Origin: an uncultured Gammaproteobacteria bacterium
Lineage (GTDB): Bacteria > Pseudomonadota > Gammaproteobacteria > CAWCPV01
Assembly (NCBI GenBank): GCA_963797555.1
Contig: CAWCPV010000009.1
Span: forward strand, 32,001 to 96,000
Direction: 5' to 3'
Length of the DNA: 64,000 nucleotides
Shown one piece after another: positions 58,437-64,000 of this stretch. Position numbers and translations under genes: made by a program. The notes under the pieces were generated by a model, which was not told the DNA's origin, ran no database searches, and saw only the letters and a list, made by a program, of their open reading frames with translations. The stretch's first letter is position 1, and the number at the start of each line of letters is the position of its first letter.

Positions 58437-58902
58437 TGTGGCCGACATCACTGCGGTTTGACATAGGCGACGGTCGTGTGTGAATCTCGAATATTCGACA
58501 AGGAAACCGGAGGCTTACGCGCAAAAGAGCGGCAGAGTCTGAACAGGTCGCGGTGGGAAGGAGGGACCACTGGGCCTCAGTATTGCGCCGGAGTGTGGGG
58601 TGGCCAAGCCGGGGCTACTTGAAGGGCAAGAGCGCCCTCCAGGTTGCCTGACGGCTTGCAGGCCGGGAGCGGAGCTTTGTACATCGGGGCATACATCGGC
58701 CATCAATCACGAGGCCGAGTGCAAAGACCAAATGCGGCTCGGAATGTGGGCGAGCGATGGGCGGGCCATGGTGCTATGGGAAATTCGAGGGTCAGTGCAA
58801 CAAGGGCACCCTGTGAGGGGGTCACGGGTGGGAATTCGTCACCTTTGCCAGAAGGACATGATTGAAGATCCGGGCGGGTTGACCAGCCCCGGCACTGACC
58901 AT

Positions 58903-58961
58903 CGTTCCCGATCTGCCTTGAGGAGCCCTGGAGGGAGAGCCTCTCAAGGAGAGCGGGAACG
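58903..58961 (-). terminator. long 3' stem-loop downstream of surface-protein gene (related copy at 63127-63186)
   Basis: CGTTCCCG...CGGGAACG outer stem with inner CCTTGAG/CTCAAGG; no clear U-tract. Confidence 0.45.
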
Positions 58962-59772
58962 GTTCTGCTGCATATAGAGTCCTCGAACCTCTTCGAGCCC
59001 GGGTCAGTTGCCTGCTGTAGGCCCGGCCAAGGGATTTTGGACTAGCGGGGTTGGCTCGGAGGAGCTTTGCTCTTCGGGGGCCTGCGCCCGGCTTATCCAC
59101 ATGACGAACCGCCCATCGTCGCTGAAGTGCGGGATGCGAGCTTCGGCATCGTCCAGACCATTCGGCCAGGGCACCCGGACGGCACCGCCCGTCAGCCGGT
59201 CAAGAATGTCGACGGCCCTGTACTCCTGCTGACCGTCCGTGTCTTGGGCCTGCTCGAGATAAGCGGCGTAGCGGCCGTCAGGGCTCAGGGCGGGATGGCT
59301 GTTGTCCGTCGATGCGCCTGTCTCGGTCAAATCCGGGCTCAGCCGCTCGGTAAAGCCTGATCTCAGGCTATACAGGTAGATTTGGCGCAGACCATCCTGC
59401 CCCGGCCGGTCGAACACTACCAGCTCGCCTCGGCCACAGAGGTCCGGGTCAAGCGCGGGCTGCTGTGCCTGCACGCCCCATTCATCGAAGCCCACCCGCT
59501 CCAGGGTGTTCGCGTCGAGGTCTCGCACAAACACATCGGCCACGCCGTTGGTGTCCGCGCCGACGAGATTGTCGGCTTCCGAGACGAAGGCGACGACGGT
59601 GCCAGGGCCGTTGATGCGCGGACTGTAGCTAGGCCCGTTGGCCTGCAGCCCCCGGTCGGTGACGCTCGCCCGGCTGAGAAGACCGGTGTCGGCATCATAC
59701 AGATACACGTCCTCCACGCTGTTGGTGTCCTCGGGCACCAAGGCGGCTTCTGTGCTGAACACCATGCGTCGC
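58955..59772. repeat. ~820-bp direct repeat, copy 1 (copy 2 at 63179-64000)
   Basis: near-identical DNA over the TolB-like domain and 3' flank. Confidence 0.95.
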
Positions 59773-61923
59773 TTGTCGGCGCTGCCGAAGAGGTCCCGGA
59801 TCGTGGCGTGGCGCTCGGCGAGTAATGTCCTGAGTTCATCCGGCAGCTCCGTGAACGCTCAGAGCCTGGGCGGCTGTGACCGCGTCCGGCGTCTGCTGGA
59901 CATCTCCGGCCGGGGTCGAAACGCCCGCGACCGAGATCTGCGTCGACGCGCTCTGAGTCAGAGCAAGAGTCTGCTGGGTACCCGAACTCGGGACAAACAC
60001 CACGTCCACCCAGTAGTTGGAGGTGTTCCAGGTCTGGTTGGGGAAGCTGCTAGTCGAGCCATAAGCGTATACCCCATTGCCACCCGATACGCCGTTCTGA
60101 AGCGCATGCAGCGGCGGATTGTCTACCCCGGTGGTCGCGAAGTAGTTCTGGTCATCGGCATAGTGGCCCACGGTGGTATTGTACGAGGCGACATACACGG
60201 TGTTGGCAGTAATCGACAGCGGAGTCGAGAAGTTCGCCTGCTGCCACCCGGAGGTGGTCTCGCCGCTGAAGGTGACCGAGGCCAGCTTGGTGCCGCTACT
60301 CGACCACAGGTTGCCGACGTGCGTGCCGGTGTTGCCGCTCCCCTTGTAGAAGCGGATGCCAGTGATCGTGCCTGCAACATCGGACCTGAACTTGACCCCG
60401 AGCTCCACCGCGCTGTCTGGACCGGAATCTGCCGTTCCGGGCAGCGCCGTGCTGGGCCAGATGGTGATGGCGGTCGCGGCTGCGGAGATGGTGATGCTCA
60501 GCCCCTGGGTGGTCGTCGCAGCAGGACTGGCTGAATCGGTCACCCGGAGGGTGAAGCTCCAGGTGCCAGCCGTCGTGGGCGTGCCGGTGATGGCGCCGGT
60601 GCTCAGGCTGAGACCGGCGGGTAGCGTACCGCTGGCGACAGACCAAGTATACGACGGTTTCCCGCCGCTTGCCGCCAACGTCGCCGAGTAGGCCACCTTC
60701 TGGGTCCCGCTCGGCAGCGAGGTGGTTGTAACCTGCAGCGGTGCAGCGACGGTGATGCTCAGCCCCTGGGTGGTCGTCGCAGCAGGACTGGCTGAATCGG
60801 TCACCCGGATGGTGAAGCTCCAGGTGCCAGCCGTTGTGGGCGTGCCGGTGATGGCGCCGGTGCTCAGGCTGAGACCGGCGGGTAGCGTACCGCTGGCGAC
60901 AGACCAGGTATACGACGGTTTCCCGCCGCTTGCCGCCAACGTCGCCGAGTAGGCCACCTTCTGGGTCCCGCTCGGCAGCGAGGTGGTTGTAACCTGCAGC
61001 GGTGCAGGGGCCGATGCAGCGACGGTGATGCTCAGAACCTTGGTGGTCTTCGCAACAACAGGAGTGGCTGAATCGGTTACCCGGATGGTGGGGCTCTTCG
61101 TGACGGCTTTTGTGGGCGTGCCGGTGATGGCGCCGGTGCTCGTATTCAGGCTGAGACCGGCGGGTAGCGCGCCGCTTGTGATGGACCAAGTGTACGGGGG
61201 TGTCCCACCGCTCGCCGCCAACGTCACCGAGTAGGTCACCTTCAGGGTCCCACTCGGCAGCGGCGAGGTGGTCGTAATCTGCAGCGGTGCAGGGGCCGGT
61301 GCGGGGTCCGGTGCGACGGTGATGCTCAGCGCTTGGGTGGTCGTCACGGCAGGATTGGCTGAATCGGTTACCTGAACCGTGAAGTTGGCAGTACCCGCCG
61401 CCCCAGGCGTACCACCGATGGCACCGGTGGCGGGGTTCACGGTCAGGCTACTCGGTAGCGAACCGCTTGCGATTGACCAAGTGTACGGCGCGGTCCCACC
61501 GGTCGCCGTCAGTGTCACCGAGTAGGGCACACCCACTGTCCCGCCAACCAGCGACGTGGTGGTGATGGACAGAGGCGGTGTCGAAACGGGGGTGGTGGTG
61601 CATACCTGATTGGAAAAAGCGCTCTCGCTGCCAGACCGATCGTAGGCTGTCGCTACAAAGCAATAGGTCGTTCCGTTCGCGAGACCGGGGACCGTGGCAG
61701 GGTTATTTGTCCCTGCATCTTGAGTGGAGCCGTACTGTCCACTTGCGGTGCCGTAATGAATATTATAGCCGGCCACCAATCCCGATGTATTAGGATCATT
61801 CCAGGCTAGAGTTACTTGTGCGGCATCGCTATTGGCTGTATAGAGAAGTACGGATAAGCCCAAGGTCGAGATCAGACCTAAGATGGCACGGAACGAGGCG
61901 AAAATCGGATGAACGCGGTTCAT
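59004..61923 (-). CDS. secreted surface protein: FN3, 4x He_PIG-type Ig, DUF4082, C-terminal TolB-like propeller (frameshift near 59860)
   Basis: GGGAG RBS + ATG 61923 (MNRVHP), signal peptide ending SDA; frame change gives FTELPDELRTLLAERH..RRMVFSTEA joining ORFs 59836-62016 and 59004-59765. Confidence 0.8.
60490..61007 (-). repeat. two near-identical tandem 261-bp He_PIG Ig repeats
   Basis: PLQVTTTSLPSGTQKVAYSATLAASGGKPSYTW twice; starts 60490 and 60751. Confidence 0.93.
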
Positions 61924-61996
61924 TATGGCAACTCCCATGCAATAGGCTTGGGGAGCCCCATAGTCGGGGTACTGCAATAGCGCCATCCGTCGACAC

Positions 61997-62080
61997 TCTG
62001 GCAATCCCGCTATCATGGGGCCTGAAGCCCGTTAGACCGGTGACTTTGCGCCCCCACCTTTCGGTAGGTTTGCCCTTTAC
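61997..62080 (-). ncRNA. c-di-GMP-I (GEMM) riboswitch aptamer
   Basis: reverse complement GTAAAGGGCAAACCTACC-GAAA-GGTGGGGGCGCAAAGTCACCGGTCTAACGGGCTTCAGGCCCCATGATAGCGGGATTGCCAGAG; GAAA loop and CTAA receptor. Confidence 0.95.
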
Positions 62081-62102
62081 AGAAGTCCTCACAACAGTTT
62101 CA

Positions 62103-62118
62103 AGCAAGCCTCGTGCCC
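62103..62118 (-). promoter_or_regulatory. sigma54 (-24/-12) promoter, copy 3
   Basis: GGGCACGAGGCTTGCT; predicted +1 near 62092, about 12 nt before the riboswitch. Confidence 0.82.
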
Positions 62119-62164
62119 ATGTCGGTCGCAGCGTTGCTGCATGCACCAGAGATGAACGGAATTG

Positions 62165-62244
62165 CGTTCCCATGGGGACATCCGAAACGGCGTGCTGTGA
62201 CGCTTTGAGGCAAAAACTGACCGTTTCTGCCATCAGGATTGGGA
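62165..62244 (-). promoter_or_regulatory. putative enhancer block, copy 3
   Basis: TGAC-N7-GGCA (62198-62212) and TGAC-N7-GCCA (62218-62232), 80 bp upstream of the sigma54 site. Confidence 0.65.
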
Positions 62245-63225
62245 AGAGGCCACGGAGAAGAATTTGTCTCTCGTAGTGCAGTGCTTGGTCGTTAACGGGT
62301 CATAGGCAGATGTCCCCTGTCTGGCCTGGAGTCGCGCGGCACAGATAAAGAACCATGCGCGGAACTCCAGAGACCGGGTCGAGTGCCGAGGAGGAGCGGG
62401 TGCTGAGGCGGTGCGACGAGTGTGCGGTCGGCAGGTCGAGCCGAGTACTGCATGCGGCTGACCTTGCTCGCCGTCAAGACCACGCGCGCCAGCGTCGGTT
62501 TCTATGCCCTTGTTACGTCGTGCTCATCCCAAAGGGACGCGTGGTCTCGCACTGCTATCAGAGCGCCGGGGCATTGAGCACATGGCTCTGGGTGCCGGGC
62601 GCCAAGAAAGCCGTGTCTTGCTCTATCCGCCAGAGGGCTTTTAGGATTGCTTCATCTGCGGGCGGGCCATGTTTGTACGCCGGTAGTGCCGAGAACGAGG
62701 ATGAAGCGCCGCACCCAAGACACGTAGGCATCCTGCATCTGGACGCTGTAATCACGCACCCGGATAGTTTGGTGCGCCAGCGCGACCAACACATAGCCGA
62801 CACTTTTGCTTCCGAGTGTGCTAACTCGGCGTTAGCCCGCTTCTCGACGGACTGCTCATCCACCGGCGTAGAGGTGTCTGTAACGCCATGCCCTCGGGCT
62901 GCGAGGGGGGAACACTAGGGTGCGGGTGGGGAACCATGAGTTGCCCGCTGCACCCTCCATTCCAACCTCCCCCTGTGAGGGGGAAAGCGGAAAAATGCAT
63001 TGCCGTCTTGGGCGGCTCGGGGGTTGCGGGCACGTTTGAGGTAGTCACGCCGTCAAGTCCGGAGGGGTTTGACAGGGGTCCTTGACGCGGGACTTAGACT
63101 AACCCGCCAGCTTGCCACCTACCTTCCCGTTCCCGTTCTGCCTCAAGGAGCCCGAGGCGGGCACCCTTTTGGCAGACCGGGAACGGTTCTACTGCATAGA
63201 GTCCTCGAACCTCTTCGAGCCCGGG

Positions 63226-64000
63226 TCAGTTGCCTGCTGTAGGCCCGGTCAAGGGATTTTGGATTAGCGTGGTTGACTCGGAGGAGCTTTGCTCTTCCGG
63301 GGCCTGCGCCCGGCTTATCCACATGACGAACCGCCCATCGTCGCTGAAGTGCGGGATGCGAGCTTCGGCATCGTCCAGACCATTCGGCCAGGGCACCCGG
63401 ACGGCACCGCCCGTCAGCCGGTCAAGAATGACGACGGCCCTGTACTCCCTGTACTGCTGACCGTCCGTGTCTTGGGCCTGCTCGAGATAAGCGGCGTAGC
63501 GGCCGTCAGGGCTCAGGGCGGGATGGCTGTTGTCCGTCGATGCGCCTGTCTCAGTCAAATCCGGGCTCAGCCGCTCGGTAAAGCCTGAGTTCAGGCTGTA
63601 CAGGTAGACTTGGCGCAGACCATCCTGCCCCGGCCGGTCGAACACTACCAGCTCGCCTCGGCCACAGAGGTCCGGGTCAAGCGCGGGCTGCTGTGCCTGC
63701 ACGCCCCATTCATCGAAGCCCACCCGCTCCAGGGTGTTCGCGTCGAGGTCTCGCACAAACACATCGGCCACGCCGTTGGTGTCCGCGCCGACGAGATTGT
63801 CGGCTTCCGAGACGAAGGCGACCACGGTGCCAGGGCCGTTGATGCGCGGACTGTAGCTAGGCCCGTTGGCCTGCAGCCCCCGGTCGGTGAGGCTCGCCCG
63901 GCTGAGAAGACCGGTGTCGGCATCATACAGATACACGTCCTCCACGCTGTTGGTATCCTCGGGCACCAGGGCGGCTTCTGTGCTGAACACCATGCGTCGC
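63226..64000 (-). CDS. C-terminal TolB-like domain of a paralogous surface protein (5' end outside window)
   Basis: 255 aa nearly identical to 59004-59765; frame open to the window edge. Confidence 0.85.
   Translation of the reverse strand, partial: RRMVFSTEAALVPEDTNSVEDVYLYDADTGLLSRASLTDRGLQANGPSYSPRINGPGTVVAFVSEADNLVGADTNGVADVFVRDLDANTLERVGFDEWGVQAQQPALDPDLCGRGELVVFDRPGQDGLRQVYLYSLNSGFTERLSPDLTETGASTDNSHPALSPDGRYAAYLEQAQDTDGQQYREYRAVVILDRLTGGAVRVPWPNGLDDAEARIPHFSDDGRFVMWISRAQAPEEQSSSESTTLIQNPLTGPTAGN

Noticed and set aside
62290-63110. Short ORFs between the two surface-protein genes
   Set aside because: No recognisable motifs or start signals; possibly eroded DNA.
58955-64000. Diversity-generating retroelement TR/VR pair
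   Set aside because: Repeat is too long, differences are not adenine-specific, and no reverse transcriptase is present.

Overview
GC-rich proteobacterial (probably gammaproteobacterial) window almost wholly occupied by a biofilm-matrix locus. From 3371 to 45315 (+) lies a ~42 kb Wzx/Wzy exopolysaccharide cluster of the XrtA/PEP-CTERM-associated type: glmS, wza, wzc-N, BY-kinase-like, ExeA ATPase, a ~3000 aa secreted WD40/DUF4082/Ig protein, amino-sugar pathway, priming transferase, flippase, glycosyltransferases, asnB, polymerase and methyltransferases. It is followed by IS debris, rmlBACD-lhgO, galE, a TIGR03016-like outer-membrane protein and Ig/DUF4082 surface proteins on the - strand. The most interesting signals are non-coding. 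(1) A 2.3 kb leader stacks a sigma70 promoter, a c-di-GMP-I riboswitch, an enhancer plus sigma54 promoter, and four tandem 229-bp hairpin-rich units each carrying an ops (RfaH) motif. (2) The same enhancer plus sigma54 module recurs at ~47.9-48.2 kb and ~62.1-62.2 kb, the last copy directly feeding a second c-di-GMP-I riboswitch. (3) The priming transferase carries a degenerate GGDEF-like domain with an intact RxxD site. Many genes are split by single-base indels and galE contains a garbled stretch, consistent with long-read consensus error, so pseudogene calls are unsafe. All family assignments are by motif recognition; no searches were run.
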